NCBI GenBank assembly: GCA_951406725.2
Contig: OX597826.1
Location: 7,812,001-7,876,000, forward strand
Direction: 5' to 3'
DNA from: Octopus vulgaris
Taxonomy: Eukaryota
DNA: 64,000 nucleotides
Shown: piece by piece, positions 14,677 to 29,326 of the stretch
Numbering within the stretch: position 1 is the first letter of the stretch
How the letters are laid out: every line of letters begins with the position of its first letter
Program-made: the position numbers and the translations under genes
Notes under the pieces: model-generated
Seen by the model: only the letters and a program-made list of their open reading frames with translations
What the model was told of the DNA's origin: nothing
Databases searched by the model: none

Positions 14677-15014
14677 CCTCATCTCTCAAATATAGAACTG
14701 TAATAACGTAATAATATTTACAATATATATAATGATAAATATTGTAATAGCTCTGTTTGGTAGAGTATTGTTGTAACTTACAAATGAAACAAAAACAACC
14801 GCCACCATCATTACAGTAAGAACAAATATGATATTATTAATAATCCTTTCTTCTATAAGAACTAGGCCTGAATTTTTGGGATGGGACAAAGTCGAACTCG
14901 GCAGCATTTGAACTCAGAACGTAAAGACGGAAGAAATGCCGCTAACCACATTTACAACAACAACAACAACAACAACAACAATAATAATAATAATGGTAAT
15001 AATAATATCGTAAA

Positions 15015-16450
15015 GCGTACTATGTGATCCCACATTCTTGGATTGTGGAATGTATGAACTTATTTGATATTGCAACGAATGTTGAGCGATTGATGAGAAA
15101 AACTATTGCCAAGTGGAAAACGGAACTGACAGCACATGGAAGAAGTTTAGGGACAATAGAAATCAGCAGAGGCATATTCCAAGAGGACTGCCTGTCCCCA
15201 CTGATCTTTGTAATGTGCATGATACAACTAACACTGAATCTGAGGAAAGCAAAGGCAGGGTATGTATTCAAAACGTCAACCACTTGTTATTCATGGTTGA
15301 CCTCAAACTTTATGGTAAAGATGAATCTCAAGTTAGTTCTCTCTAACTTGAGGTTCTGTGGCATTTTTACAGACCATTCTATGTTGTTTTCTTCTGCTCA
15401 AATTTACAAAATAGACGAATTAAACAAAAAGTGACTCAGAGCGGGGAAGAGGACTGATTGGGTGCGAACACAGCATTTGAGCAGATAAAAACAATATAGA
15501 ATGGTCTGTAAAAAATGCCACAGAACCATTATTATTGGAAGTATGAAGGTCAGGTTTGTATAAGATGGAAAATTGCAAAGATAAAGCACTGAACAAGAAT
15601 TTTAGAATAAATGAAGCTGAAGATAGGTGGATAAAAAAAACAATGCATGGACAATTTAATAGGAATGTTGAAGATAAGATAGACAAAGAGAAATGATGGC
15701 TATGGATGAATAAAATGATTTAAAACCAGAAACAGAGGCGCTAATCTGTGCTACCCAAGAACAAACACTAGGAACCAATTACATCAAATACGGAATAGAC
15801 AACACATCAGAAAATGATAAGTGCAGAATTCTTTGGACAAAACTAACTGTATGGCATATTACCAGTCAATGTATGCCACTATTCCAGAAAGAATATAAGA
15901 GACGTCATGACAATATAGCAAGGATTGTCCATTGCACACTTTGCAACAAGTATTGGACTTGACAGAGCAAAAAATGTGGTACGAATATAAGCCCGAAGGC
16001 GTCATCGAAAATGATAATGCAAAGATCCTATGGGATTTTATGATTTAGTGCGACCATGAGATAGAGAATACGAAGCCAGACATAGTCTTCATTGAGAAAG
16101 AAAGCAAACGATGCTGGATCATAGATACAGCATGACCAGCTGACAACAAGGAATGGCATAAGGAAGAAAGAAAAGTCGATAGATATAACAGGTTAGCTTG
16201 GGAGGTTAAACAGCTGTGATCACTGAAAAAAGGTGCAAGTAGTACCAATAATTGTCGGAGCCCTGGGAACAGTGTTTAAAAGTCTTGATAAGTACATGGA
16301 CAAATAGGGGCTGCAATAAGGGCAGAGCATTTCCAGACAGCATCACTACTTGGAACTGCTCGAATACACCGGATGGTGCTCGAAAGATAAGGGGTGTTAC
16401 CTTAGTTCACTGTAGTACATCTTTAGCTTTAGAAGCTGTGCAAAAACAAT
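15015..16450 (+). mobile_element. Decayed R4/Dong-like retrotransposon with internal deletion
   Basis: IPHSWIVECM, RGIFQEDCLSPLIF, NHLLFMVDLKLYGK, GRGLIGCE, MHGQF, LKPETEALICATQEQ, KRRHDNIARIVH, KILWDF, KPDIV, VPIIVGALG; (TAA)n context on both sides. Confidence 0.88.
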
Positions 16451-16459
16451 AATAATAAT

Positions 16460-16690
16460 TTTTTCTACTATAGGAACAACACCTGAAATTTGGGGTGGGG
16501 GGTTAGTCGATCACATAGATCTCAGTGTTTCACTGGTACTTAATTTATAGACCCCGAAAGGATGAAAGGCAAATTCGACCTCGGCGGATTTAGAACACAG
16601 AGCGTGGTAACGGACGAAATATCGGTAAGTATTTTGCCCGGCGTGATAATGCATGTGCCAGTTCACACCCTTGAGAACAACAAAAACACC

Positions 16691-16739
<49 letters not shown>

Positions 16740-17230
16740 GTTTCATGTTTTGGCACAAGGCCTGCAATTTTGGGGATGTGGTAAGTCAATTAGTTTGATA
16801 TCACGCTTCAACTGCTAGTTATTTTACAGACCCCGAAATTGATGAAAGGCAAAGGTATTTGAACTCAGAACTTAAAGACGGACGAAATGCCGCCCAGAAT
16901 TTTTCCAGGTGAGCTAATAATAATAATAACAACAATAATAATAACTTATTTTGCCGACCTGAAATGGTGAACGACAGAGCAGACCTCGGCGTAATATTAA
17001 TTCAGAAGGCAAAACCAGCAAATTGCTGCTAAGCATCCAGTCCGGCGTCTTACCGATTCTACCAGCTCATCGCCTTCACAACAACGACAATAATAAAAAT
17101 AATGGTTTCAAATTTTGGCACAAGGCCAGCAGGTTTGGAGTGACCTCAAAATAAGGAAAGGCAAAGTTGACGTCGGCGGAATTTGAACTCAGAAGGTAAA
17201 GTCAGACGAAATACTGCTAAGAATTTTTTG
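16460..17230 (-). mobile_element. Cluster of SINE family A fragments separated by (TAA)n
   Basis: Repeated GACCCCGAAAGGATGAAAGGCAAA and TTTGAACTCAGAA motifs. Confidence 0.75.
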
Positions 17231-17499
17231 CTAATAATGACAAATTACCATAATTTAAGTAAGGCGAACATTTGATTATATCAAATCCAGCAGTTGAAGG
17301 TCACATTTTTGTTATTTTTATCGACCACAAAAGAATAAATGGCGGGATTTAAACAAAATTTGTTACGTCGTAAAGCGTCGTAACAAATGTTGTCAGTCCA
17401 CACCTTTATCAAGTCAGTTCCTGTCAGGTCAGCTGTAGGGTAATGGGCTGCTGCAGCGCGTCGCTGCATTCACATTTTATCAGTGTTTGTCCGTGTTAT

Positions 17500-18600
17500 C
17501 CCAAGCAGCCATCTGAGCTCTCTTGTCTCTGTGAGATACCTTTTCATCTGCCATGTCCGTATGGTATGCGGTCGACCAACACAGGCCGTCACCAGAACGT
17601 GTCGTATTCTTAGAGAAGAGGGCACGATACGCAGGATCCAACTGGGAAAAATCAATCACCATGATCAGTCAGTGTTACCCGACGCTCCTGAATCATACAA
17701 ACATCTGGATGCGCCGAAGTTTCTGAATATAGCTGTTCGTTGGATACGAAATCCGACCAATGACAATACGTAATCCCGTGAAGTGTCCTGATACAAAAGA
17801 AGTTAAGGCGGCTGCTATTGACTCGGACACCATATTAATCTACATGATGGATGTCGAGGCAATGCGACAGATTCTGCGTATCCAAGTCTTGAAACCATAG
17901 AGTAAAAGAGCGTGGACCAGAGACCTGAATATTCGAACCTTTCTCTTCTTGCACAGATATCGACAGCGCCCAAATCCCTTGTCCAATGAGGGAATCCATA
18001 ACTATTCAAGCACACTATCCGTGTCTTTTTAAGAGGAAGCTATCGCTAAACATAATCCATAGGTAACCAGAATGTGTATGTAGATTGTAAACAAAATAAT
18101 TCGTATGGTAACAGGTGCATTTGATAATGTTAAATACAGCAAACAAATGCATGGCAGGAATACGAGGATTGATACATATGCAGTAAAGATCACAAGAAGG
18201 GACTGTACATTTATTATGTGAAATTTCTTTCAATAAATTACAGTAAAAATACAGAAGACAGAAAACTAAATACAGCGTGAGACCAAGACAAATAGAGTTG
18301 TCTTCAAATGTGCAATGATAACAAACAGCGAAATATATGGGCTGTTATGAAAAATATACAATCGTTGCAATAATAACAAGATCAAAGAAGAATGTTTACC
18401 AACGATACTGTATAGCTTATCCCTAAATCTGTGCATGATTGCAACGCACTCGGTGGATATGCCAACGAAATCACACAGAAGGCAGATATGTTTTCGGTGA
18501 ACCGAAAATATTAATGTAAATGCACCGGCATAACATCCATGTTTAAACTTCAGATATTTGCTGCGGCGTAAACAAACAGCAATTTCATAGTATTTACGCA
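17500..18600 (+). mobile_element. Highly decayed R4-like remnant related to 12800-13870
   Basis: TTAATCTACATGATGGATGTCGAGGCAATGCG at ~17835-17866 is the reverse complement of ~13542-13573; SLSLNLCMI near 18410 resembles the DSLSPLLFC motif. Confidence 0.4.
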
Positions 18601-18692
18601 TCATTATTTTCAAAATGACTGCTAAGATGGACAAAACTTAAGAGATAATTGAGTATTTATATATGCATATTTGTATAGCTTATAAATAGCTA

Positions 18693-18748
<56 letters not shown>

Positions 18749-18790
18749 ATATGTATATATACATATATATGTATGTATGTATAAATATAC

Positions 18791-18839
<49 letters not shown>

Positions 18840-19115
18840 CATACACATAAATAAATACATACATACATACATATAAATAAATGATAAATAGCAGGAAATA
18901 CTACCAAATTGACACGACAAAACTATAGAAAGAAAAAGGAGAATATGCACCTGCATTTTCATAAACATACGTGTGTATGTATGAATATATATACAGAAAT
19001 CTATATATATCAATGCGGTTGGAGTCTTATTGGTTATATACACTTGGATATGATTGAGTTTCTATGTGACCGTGTATGTGTGTGCTGTGGGGGGTGTACG
19101 AATACAAAAGCAATA

Positions 19116-19465
<350 letters not shown>

Positions 19466-20094
19466 TCATCTGCACCCGTCTACATTATCGTTCAATAAAC
19501 AAAAGACAGCTTTATTCGTATCTGTAACCAATATGGAGAATGATAATTTTTTTTAATGAAACTTCATAATAACGATGATAATTAGTATGAAAGAATAACA
19601 AGTAATAATAATTATGTTAACAGTAAAATAGGAAGAATAGATAAAATAATAATTTTTTTTGTAATAATAATGACTATAATGATCTGAAAGACAGAAAGAG
19701 TTCTGAAAAGAGGCAAGTTGTCCTGTGGTTGCATAGTGCCGGTTTTTGAATATTTTATGATAGATGCGGTTCGGAATTTAGTCCGGCATGAAATTTAGAT
19801 GAAGTGAAACCTTCTCAAGATGGTTTTGAAAGAACTGCAGAAGATGTGTACTGCTATGAAAATCAAGGAGAGAAGTACTTATTGGTGAGTGAGATGATGG
19901 AACAGAATGTATATATAGAGATACATACATCATCCACACACACACACACACATACACGTACACACACACACGCACACACACACATATAAGTGCATACACA
20001 TATGCATATATACATAGATATATACATATATGTTTACATACACACACATATATATACATATATATATATGTACATATTATATGTATGTGTATGT

Positions 20095-20125
<31 letters not shown>

Positions 20126-20187
20126 TAACAACAATAATAATAATAATAATAATAAGGATAATGATAATGATGATAATGATAATGATA

Positions 20188-20255
<68 letters not shown>

Positions 20256-20967
20256 GGTGACGGTGATGATAATAGAAAATAAACCTAGCCTGAATAGGAA
20301 CTAGAATGGAACACTAGCACACACCAAAACATATGACGGTAGAGGATCCCAATAAACTGGTTACAATATAAACAAAACCGAAAAGATAATAAATAAAATA
20401 CACAGATAAATAAACAAATAGAAATAAATAACTATATAAGTTGTTTTTTTTAATTTAAAATATTTTTTTATTTGTTATTATTATTACTAGTATTGTTGTT
20501 ATACATTCATACCAACATACAAGCATATGTAATGATAATAATAATAAGTGAATGTAAACACATGAACAAAATAAAAATAAACAAAAACAACAACAACAAA
20601 TGCAAATTACATGAACGTATATAAACAGAAGATACAAATATTACAGGCACCCCCACACACACACTAACTAAACATAGACGCACATAGAGATATAAGCATG
20701 CGCAAATGAAGACATACAATAGAAATACAAAATGGCTGACGGTTAGTAAGGAGAGACACAAATAAGAAAGAAGAAAACAAAGGACCACTGATGCGCTCAC
20801 AGGAGTGTGACGAAAGAACTCTGGCCGAAATAAGATTAAGATTAATGTAAAAAATAAATAACACTGAAGCAAAATAACATCAAATATATAGTGCGTGTGT
20901 TTTTATTGGCTAAACTGGCAATATGACCATTCCGAAATATAACAATATATATATATATATATATATA

Positions 20968-21280
20968 TGCGAGTGTGGGTCAGAAACTAATGCCACTTTG
21001 TTTAGGACAGGTATAATTAGCAACACAGGAACATGTATCATACATCAAAATGAGACTGGTCCTTTATGGAACACATCCTTACTTCTCAATAGAGTCACCG
21101 TTTCTCTCAATAGCAGTGTTCCACCTTCGAATGAGAACCTGTATCCCCTCCCCGTAAAATTATGTTGATTGTTCTTTCTAACACTTCCTGGTCACTGGAA
21201 TAATGTTTGTCTCTCAAACCCTCTTTCGTAGCGCCGAAGAGATGATAGTCTGAAGGTGCTAAATCTGGTGAGTGTGGGGT
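20968..21280 (-). mobile_element. mariner transposase 3' remnant (different family from the MITEs)
   Basis: Minus strand: PHSPDLAPSDYHLFG..KEGLRDKHYSSDQEV and GIQVLIRRWNTAIERNGD; TIR-like end CGAGTGTGGGTCAGAAACTAATGCC next to (TA)n. Confidence 0.8.
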
Positions 21281-21404
21281 TAGTGAAGAAATGTCTCAAA
21301 GAATAGTCAGTATTTTACAGTATTTCACGGGGCAGGGATACATGCTCTCATTCTAAGATAGAACATTACTATTCAGAGACTGGCATATATATATACACCC
21401 AAAC

Positions 21405-21700
21405 CCTACTATAGCCTCGGGCTGAACAAAGCCTTTTGAATGGATTTAGTTGGCGGAAATTGAGAGAAGTTTGTCGCACACACACACACACACATATATT
21501 TATTTATAAGTGTGTATATGTGTGTGTCTGTGTGTGCCACTGTATGTTTGTCCCCTACTACTGAGTGACAACCGGTGTTGGTGAGTTTATGTGCGCTTAA
21601 CTTATTAGTTCGGCAAAAGGGGACTCATAGCATAAGAACCGGGCTGCACAAAATATCATAGGCACTGGAGTTGATTTCCTCGACTAAAAACTCTTCAAAC
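21405..21700 (+). mobile_element. SINE family B, 5'-truncated and decayed
   Basis: CTACTATAGCCTCGGGCTGAACAAAGCC and GACAACCGGTGTTGGTG match 31429-31803. Confidence 0.7.
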
Positions 21701-22233
21701 ATTTTGTCAAAGTCCTTTCATCGCCATTCATTCCTTCGTCAATGATATGTACCAGCTACTTCAGGGTTCAAGGCTGCTTCAGCTCTGTCAGGGGTAGAGA
21801 AACCTTTATACTGCATGTTTGAGCGTTGCAGTAGGGTTTTCGTAGTGACATTAGCGTGGTGTATTAGGAGCATTAGATACGTAAGAAGCTCTTAATATTT
21901 CGGTAAGTTATCTACGCGTAGATCTGCTCAAACGATCTGCTCAATTGGCCTTGCAAAGAAACTGAGAAATGTCTATGGGATTCAGTGTAAAATTTTGCTA
22001 AGTTACACATCCCGCCTAATATTATGAAGAAATGATTACCTCCCTTGTACTGACTGGGTACCATTACTGAAATACTTTTTATAAGAATAATGTGTCAAAA
22101 ACAATAAATAGTGGCTCAAAATATTATTATGCATGCACAAAATTCAGTAAATGGAAATGTTAATTAAAGACAAGGAATTTATTTTACTTACAAAATGATA
22201 TATATTCTAAAAATATAAAGAAAGACACGTGTA

Positions 22234-22309
<76 letters not shown>

Positions 22310-22742
22310 CGCATATATATAGTTATATATGTCATATATCAAAATCTAAATTTGATCAATAGCATAGGGAATCGATCGAATTGAAGATAAATTGTATAAA
22401 TTTTGAAACATGAATATAAAATTTTTTCGAAGTTTTCCCTTACAATATGAGCATAAATAAATGCAGTTACCTATATGCATATTTACATGTGTGTGTGTGT
22501 GTGTTTATTTGTGTGTGTATGTTTGTGTGTGTGTGTGTCTTTGAACATATGCGTATAAGAAGAGAGAGAAGTGTGCTAACCTTATCTTAGCTGTCTTTCA
22601 CATGAACCTCAGACTAATATGTAAATACAGGCATATGAGAGCCTGTGTTTGTGTATCTATGTGTGTATGTTTTGGATATATATCAGGATGTTTGTGTTTG
22701 TATATAATCAGCATGATAGTCAGAAACAGAGATACACAGGTG

Positions 22743-22897
<155 letters not shown>

Positions 22898-23500
22898 CAG
22901 ATAGATAGACAGGTAGATAGATAGCTCACGAGACAGAGAAACAGATAGACAGGTGAGTAATTTTCTAAAAATTTGTTTCCTTCAAAATTTGCTTTTCTCT
23001 TCCTTCATGGCACTTTAAAGTCTCATTCAGGAGAATATTATTCAACTTAATCTGTTTCTTACGATAGTTCTTGACGTTTATGACAGCATTCTATATACCT
23101 AGTTTGGACGTTCAAGAGCCTTTTATAATCAATTTATTATTTGTCGTTAATGTTTGCAATATATTTTATAACCAGGGATATTTAAAGCTGGTTTTTTATC
23201 GGGTCTTAATACGGTTTCATCTGTTTTCAATTTTATTTGGAAAAACAGTCGTAGCTTTTGTTGTTCTTGGTGATGTTGAAAATATCACTGTTTTGGAAAA
23301 GATTTTGCTCACATGTAGATACTCATGCACCACCCTTTTATGTGTAGGTGTGTGCAGGTGTGTGTGTGTGAGAGAGAGAGAGAGAATCTATAAGTTTGTA
23401 GGTAAGTGTATGAGGGTATCTGATTCGTAAATACCTCCAAATTCGAAGACAAAGAACAACACACACACAGACGTATGTGTATATATATATATAAATATAT

Positions 23501-23541
<41 letters not shown>

Positions 23542-23560
23542 CATATATATATATATATAT

Positions 23561-23619
<59 letters not shown>

Positions 23620-23804
23620 TGTATGTTTAAACATGTAAGTATATATGTATCTATATATGTATATGTGTGTGTATATATATATGTGTGTGTATAAACATAT
23701 ATATATTTATTATGTGTATATACGCATATATATATATACATACATATATATATATATATATATGCGTGTGTGTGTGAATATGTACATGTGAATGTGTTTG
23801 TGCG

Positions 23805-23918
<114 letters not shown>

Positions 23919-24479
23919 TGTGTGTGTTTGTGTGAGGGCATGTGTATATTTGTATGGGTGATGAGGATATCATTTGTCAGAAAAGTACTACAGATTCCTT
24001 TTAACGTACTTATTATGTAAGCCATGAACCAAGTGATTATTTTTTATTGATTATATGTTTACTCGTTACCTTCAGACTTGTCTTCTTCACGGTGAGCAAA
24101 ATTCACGTCTTAAACACATTAACAGCATGATCTGTAATTATTAATTGAATTTCCCTCCATTGACGCAAATTTCTTTCCTCGTGTTGTTCTCTCATATATT
24201 TTAAAGAAATTAATCTAACAGCATCATTAGAAAATCATAAACGAGCAGGAAAATAACGTATTTGTAAGTCAAACCTGCCCACGCTTCATATTTTTACATA
24301 GATCATAATACTTTTGGTAACAGCAGGTGCTACGTAAGAAAGAAAATATATTACTTGAGCAACTAAGATTCAATTAGTTATTTATCAAACAAAACACATA
24401 CACTGCTATTTTTTCTTAAGCATATAAATGCCAAAAATAATGTTCATTATATATTCTTTTAATCTTGAATTTTTTCTTT

Positions 24480-24700
24480 TTTTACTTGATTCAGTCATTT
24501 GACTGAGGTTATGCAGATGCACCGCTTTGAAGAGTCTAAGTTCAAGAAATCGACCCCAAGACATACTTTCAAGCCTAGGAATTATTCTATTGGTCATTTT
24601 TGCCGAACTGCTAGAATACGGGGATGTAAATACACCTACACCAGTAGTCAAACAGTGATAGAAGGACAAATACGGACGCAAAGACACAAACATATATATA
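24480..24700 (-). mobile_element. SINE family B, 3' half
   Basis: TACTTGATTCAGTCATTTGACTG, TCGACCCCA, TTTTGCCGAACTGCTA. Confidence 0.75.
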
Positions 24701-24706
24701 TATATA

Positions 24707-24782
<76 letters not shown>

Positions 24783-24821
24783 GATGATAATAATAATAAT
24801 AAAAATAATGAAGATGATAAT

Positions 24822-25100
24822 AATAATATTAGGAAATATGATTCCAAACTTCCAGGGAAAAATTCAATTTTGTAATACTAAATCAAATTTCACGATATAT
24901 AATACATGTATATAAATTAGAGAAGTATATAATTAGGATACTAATTATATACTATTTCTTTATTATTTCCTACTTTATTCAGTTCTAGGTAAATGTTTTA
25001 TCGTATCTTTAATTTTTTCTATATGGTATGATTTAAGTATATCATTGTTGAATTGCTGTATGGCGGTTCTTCTCTAATTTATATACACGTATTATATATA
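24822..25100. mobile_element. Partial foldback repeat, same family as 56369-56690
   Basis: Inverted arms at 24895-24925 and 25069-25099; body nearly identical to 56480-56690. Confidence 0.75.
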
Positions 25101-25124
25101 TGCATACATACATACCTATATATA

Positions 25125-25835
25125 TATTGGGGTCGATGTAATCGACTAGCCCTCCATCTTCCAAAATTTCAGGTCTTATTGCTATAGAACAAAGGATTAT
25201 TAAGATTATGAATGCAGCCAGCTAGCAGAATCTTTGGTGCGCCGGCAAAATAATTCGCAGCATTTCTCTTGGCTTTACAGTCTCACTTCAAATGCCCCCT
25301 AATCTATTTTGATTTTCATTCCTTCTGTAGTTCGACAGAATCAGTCCCGATTAAGCACTGGAATCGATGTATCGATTAAACCGCTCCCCACAAAAATGTC
25401 AACCCTTATGCCCATAGAAAAAAAAGTAGAATGATCAGAAACGTTAGCGTCGAGCAAAATGTCACCGATTACATTACGAGTTCAAATCACGACGAGTTCA
25501 ACATTATTTTTCATTCTTCCGAAGTTAACGAGATAAATAGTTGTCGAAATGATTAACAATATCCTCACTAATATTTCAAGTGTGCTTTCAATGAACAAAC
25601 AGTTATTATTATTGTTGGGCTGCAGGTGAAGTTAGCAACATGGTAGAACTATGAAATCGTGTGCAGAAATGATTTGCAGTATTTTTTCTGGTTATTTTTA
25701 CGTTTCAAGTTCAAATCCTGCCGATGTTCAGTTATCTGATATCCTCACATGTTCAATAAAATATAATATCAGACAAGCACTGGTGTCTATGTAATCATTT
25801 CACCTCCTCTCTTCAAAGTTGCTGGCATTGTGCCT
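25125..25835 (+). mobile_element. Cluster of old SINE family A relics
   Basis: Repeated GGGGTCGATGTAATCGACT, GAGTTCAAATC and AAGCACTGG motifs. Confidence 0.55.
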
Positions 25836-25995
25836 AAATCGGGAACATCTGTTGTTTCACTTTAATATTGTGTGCATTGCGTTATGGAGGAAAGAATTCC
25901 TTTTGGAAGCCTCTTGGTTTCTCAATTGTATATATTCCATTATTTCTTTAATTGCTGCACCTCTCAATAACATAAAATTCATTCAGTCACATTTT

Positions 25996-26220
25996 AAAGG
26001 CGGCGAGCTGGCAGAAACGTTAGCACGCCGGGCGAAATGCGTAGCCGTATTTCGTCTGGCGTTACGTTCCGAGTTCAAATTCCGCCGAGGTCGACTTTGC
26101 CTTTCATCCTTTCGGGGTCGATAAATTAAGTACCAGTTACGCACTGGGGTCGATATAATCGACTTAATCCGTTGTCCCCACTATGTTTAGCCTCTTCTGG
26201 TCAATAAAGAAATAAGAAAT
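25996..26220 (+). mobile_element. SINE family A, well preserved
   Basis: AAGGCGGCGAGCTGGCAGAAACGTTAGCACGCCGGGCGAAATGC...GAGTTCAAATTCCGCCGAGGTCGACTTTGCCTTTCATCCTTTCGGGGTCGATAAATTAAGTACCAG. Confidence 0.9.
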
Positions 26221-26261
26221 AAAATTCATTCGGTCACATTTGATTTTTACACTAAAAGAAA

Positions 26262-26580
26262 GAGCGTGTCTTAGTGGTTAGGGTGTTTGGCTCATGATCG
26301 TAAGTTTGTGAGTTCAGTTCCCGGCGCCGCTTGAGTACTTGAGGAAAACACTTTATTTCACGTTGCTCCAGTCCACTCAGCTGGCAACAGTGAGTAGTAC
26401 TTGTAATTCCAAGGTCCAGCCTTGTCACATTCTGCATGACACTGAATTTCCCTGAAAACTACGTTAAGTTTACGCGTGTTTGTAGAGTGCTCAACCACTT
26501 GCACGCTAATTTCAACAGCAGGCTGTTCCGTTAATCGGATCAACTGGAGAACTCGTCAGCGTAACCAACGACTTACCAGT
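26262..26580 (+). mobile_element. tRNA-derived SINE family C
   Basis: A-box-like TGTCTTAGTGG and B-box-like GAGTTCAGTTCCC; minus-strand homologues at 27785-27980 and 51608-51962. Confidence 0.8.
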
Positions 26581-27739
26581 TTCATTTTTGTTTTATTTCT
26601 ATTTTCACACAAAATTTAGTGTCTGCTTCCTACACAACAAAATCGATAACTATTTCGATTAGATTATGTTTCTTGCTAACATGAAAGCAAATATCCTCTT
26701 TTTTAAAAAAAGCCAAAAAAAAAAAAAAAATAGGTGTAACTTTGTCCTGTAAAATAGAAACCCCCTAATCTTCGTACATTCTCCATATTTAGGATTTAAG
26801 TATTTTCATAGTTACTAGCTTTGTAACTGATATGATAGGACGAATCTGCAAACGGTGGTGGGATTTATAACTGATGGAATCTATCTAAATTTCGAATCCC
26901 AAAGCATCAGCCTCATAAATCTAGTAAACTAATACGTAATGTACAAATCTAAATCTGCGCCCTTCTGATTTAGAATAATACTCCTCAAACCCAGATAGAA
27001 GTCACTATAAAGCAGGTGGACATGCAGAAAATAGCAGCCAAATCTCAATCAAATCACAGCGTTAATTTCTTTTAAAGAGAGACAATCGATAATATGTACC
27101 TGGCACGTTACGCTTCAATCGAAGGTGAGACAGTCACGGCTGGAACGCTTTTAATTACATTTATACTCAATCTGGGATAGGCTGGACTGGTGCTTACACA
27201 ACAACATCAACGACAACAGAAACAATAACAACATGAATAATAGTAATGCGGTTTTATAACACCTAATTCCTGCCATTTGTAACTAAGGCTAAAGGTGTTA
27301 AAATTCAGGAATATTACGAAGTTTCCAAAGAATTTTCTTTTCTTTCGCCACTTTTTAAGAATATGCTGAGTAGCTTAAATAATAGATATTCTTGAAGGAA
27401 TAAAACTTTTAGAATTTTACTCCAAAGACTATACTTATATTAGCGTTTAAACTGACACGTTAGAGTCTCACAAGAATGTAGGGGAAAGTACCAAGGGACT
27501 TCAAGAACAGTACGTTCAATTAAAACTTTAAATTTTGTAAATCAGATGATACTCTGTTTGGCATAGAATGTACAAGGACTAATAAATATTTTGTATCCTT
27601 TAAAACAGCATTAATTTGAAGTGAAATATTTACTTGAATAGTAGGTTGGCTATAAGTCATGAATCAACTGTTTACACACACACACACACACACACACATA
27701 GACACATGCACACTCAGAGATAGATATACAGAGAGAGAA

Positions 27740-27784
<45 letters not shown>

Positions 27785-27785
<1 letters not shown>

Positions 27786-27980
27786 ACTGGCACTCGGTCA
27801 GTCAAGGCAAAGATTGTTCTTTTTGATTCGATCAACTGTACAGCCTGCTCGTGAAATTAACGTGCAACTGGCTGAACACCCGATAGACACTCGTCCCCGT
27901 TACCTATTTCTCAGGGAGATTTAGCGTGACATACAATGCACCAAGGTTGTTCCTTTGAATTAAAGGTACAACATTTTGCC
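27785..27980 (-). mobile_element. SINE family C, 3' half
   Basis: CAGCCTGCTCGTGAAATTAACGTGCAACTGGCTGAACAC is the approximate reverse complement of 26485-26530. Confidence 0.7.
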
Positions 27981-28157
27981 ATCTCATGAGAGCTTCTAAT
28001 AGATGTCTTACATGTTTCTCCTACATGTACACTTTTGTAGCGCCTGTTAACAAATGAAACATGTGTAATGATTTCTAATCTCTTTTACTCCCTTCTTCTA
28101 TATCGTCATCTCATTAATATATACCAGTCTCATTTTCCCTATTTTTCCCCCTATTTG

Positions 28158-28212
28158 TCTCTACTGACGGAATATCCCTTACTCGGGGATATCCCAGAAA
28201 CAGCTGTAGGAT
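28158..28212 (+). ncRNA. Hammerhead-like motif in a pLTR-like repeat
   Basis: CUGACGG, stem II atatccc/gggatat, then GAAAC AGCT GUA (palindromic stem III ACAGCTGT). A9 is altered and stem I is imperfect. Confidence 0.5.
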
Positions 28213-28435
28213 TTTGAATCCTTTCCACTTACAATATTGTATACGACTTGAGATCTTTGCCTTGCTTTAATTTTTGTTGCCGTCTTTAACAATTATATAT
28301 CCGTGGCATCGGAAATCTGCAATGGCTCTATAACTACCGTCCCGCCTATAACCTTAGAGCCCTAGTAATCCGTTACAGCGCTTATCTAGTGTACCTAATT
28401 GTTTCGACCACCTGTGAACTAAACCCCCATACGTT

Positions 28436-28850
28436 GGGGTGGCTGTGTCGTAAGTAGTTTGCTAGGCGTAGTTTGCTTACCAATCACATGGTTCCGGATT
28501 CAGTCCCACTGCGTGGCGATTTGGGCAAGTGTCTCTCACTATAACCTCGAACCGACCAAAGCTTTGTAAGTGGATTAGGTAGACGGAAAGTGAAAGAAGC
28601 CTGTCGTATATTTTTATATATATGAGTGTATGTGTATGTATTTCTGTGTCTATGTTTGTCCCCACCTACCATCACTTAACAACTGATGCTGGTATGTTGA
28701 CGTCCCCGTAACTTAGCGGTTCGGCAAACGAGAACGATAGAATAAGTACTAGGTTTACAAAAAAAAAGTCCTGGGGCGATTTGTTCGATTAAAGGTGGTA
28801 CTCCAGCATGGCTGCAGTCAAATAGCTGAAACAAAAGATTAAAAGAAAAG
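28436..28850 (+). mobile_element. SINE family B, near full length
   Basis: Collinear with 31429-31803; internal TA/TG microsatellite. Confidence 0.88.
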
Positions 28851-28871
28851 AATATATATATATATATGTAA

Positions 28872-28903
<32 letters not shown>

Positions 28904-28959
28904 GCAAATATATATATTATTTACATATATAATATTATATACACATATATATTTACATA

Positions 28960-28995
<36 letters not shown>

Positions 28996-28999
<4 letters not shown>

Positions 29000-29186
29000 T
29001 GACGTATATTTGCCATTTCAATATGGCTACCCCTAAGGGTGGATGCTACTGTAGTTTTTAGCCCCAGGAGGACACACTCCTCCAGCTGGCCATAGACACA
29101 CTTTCTGTGTCCTCCTGGGGCTAAAAACTACAGTAGCATCCACCCTTAGGGGTAGCCATATTGAAATGGCAAATATACGTCATGAT
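28996..29186. repeat. Perfect 81-bp inverted repeat with 29-nt spacer
   Basis: 28996-29076 is the exact reverse complement of 29106-29186; (TA)n on both flanks. Confidence 0.95.
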
Positions 29187-29245
29187 GTGTTATCGCTACT
29201 GTATATAACTCACTTTGATATTTATCATTATATATATATACATAT

Positions 29246-29326
<81 letters not shown>

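Noticed and set aside
19799-19884. Candidate exon (AG..DEVKPSQDGFERTAEDVYCYENQGEKYLL..GTGAGT)
   Set aside because: Good donor but no polypyrimidine tract, no recognisable protein and no partner exons.
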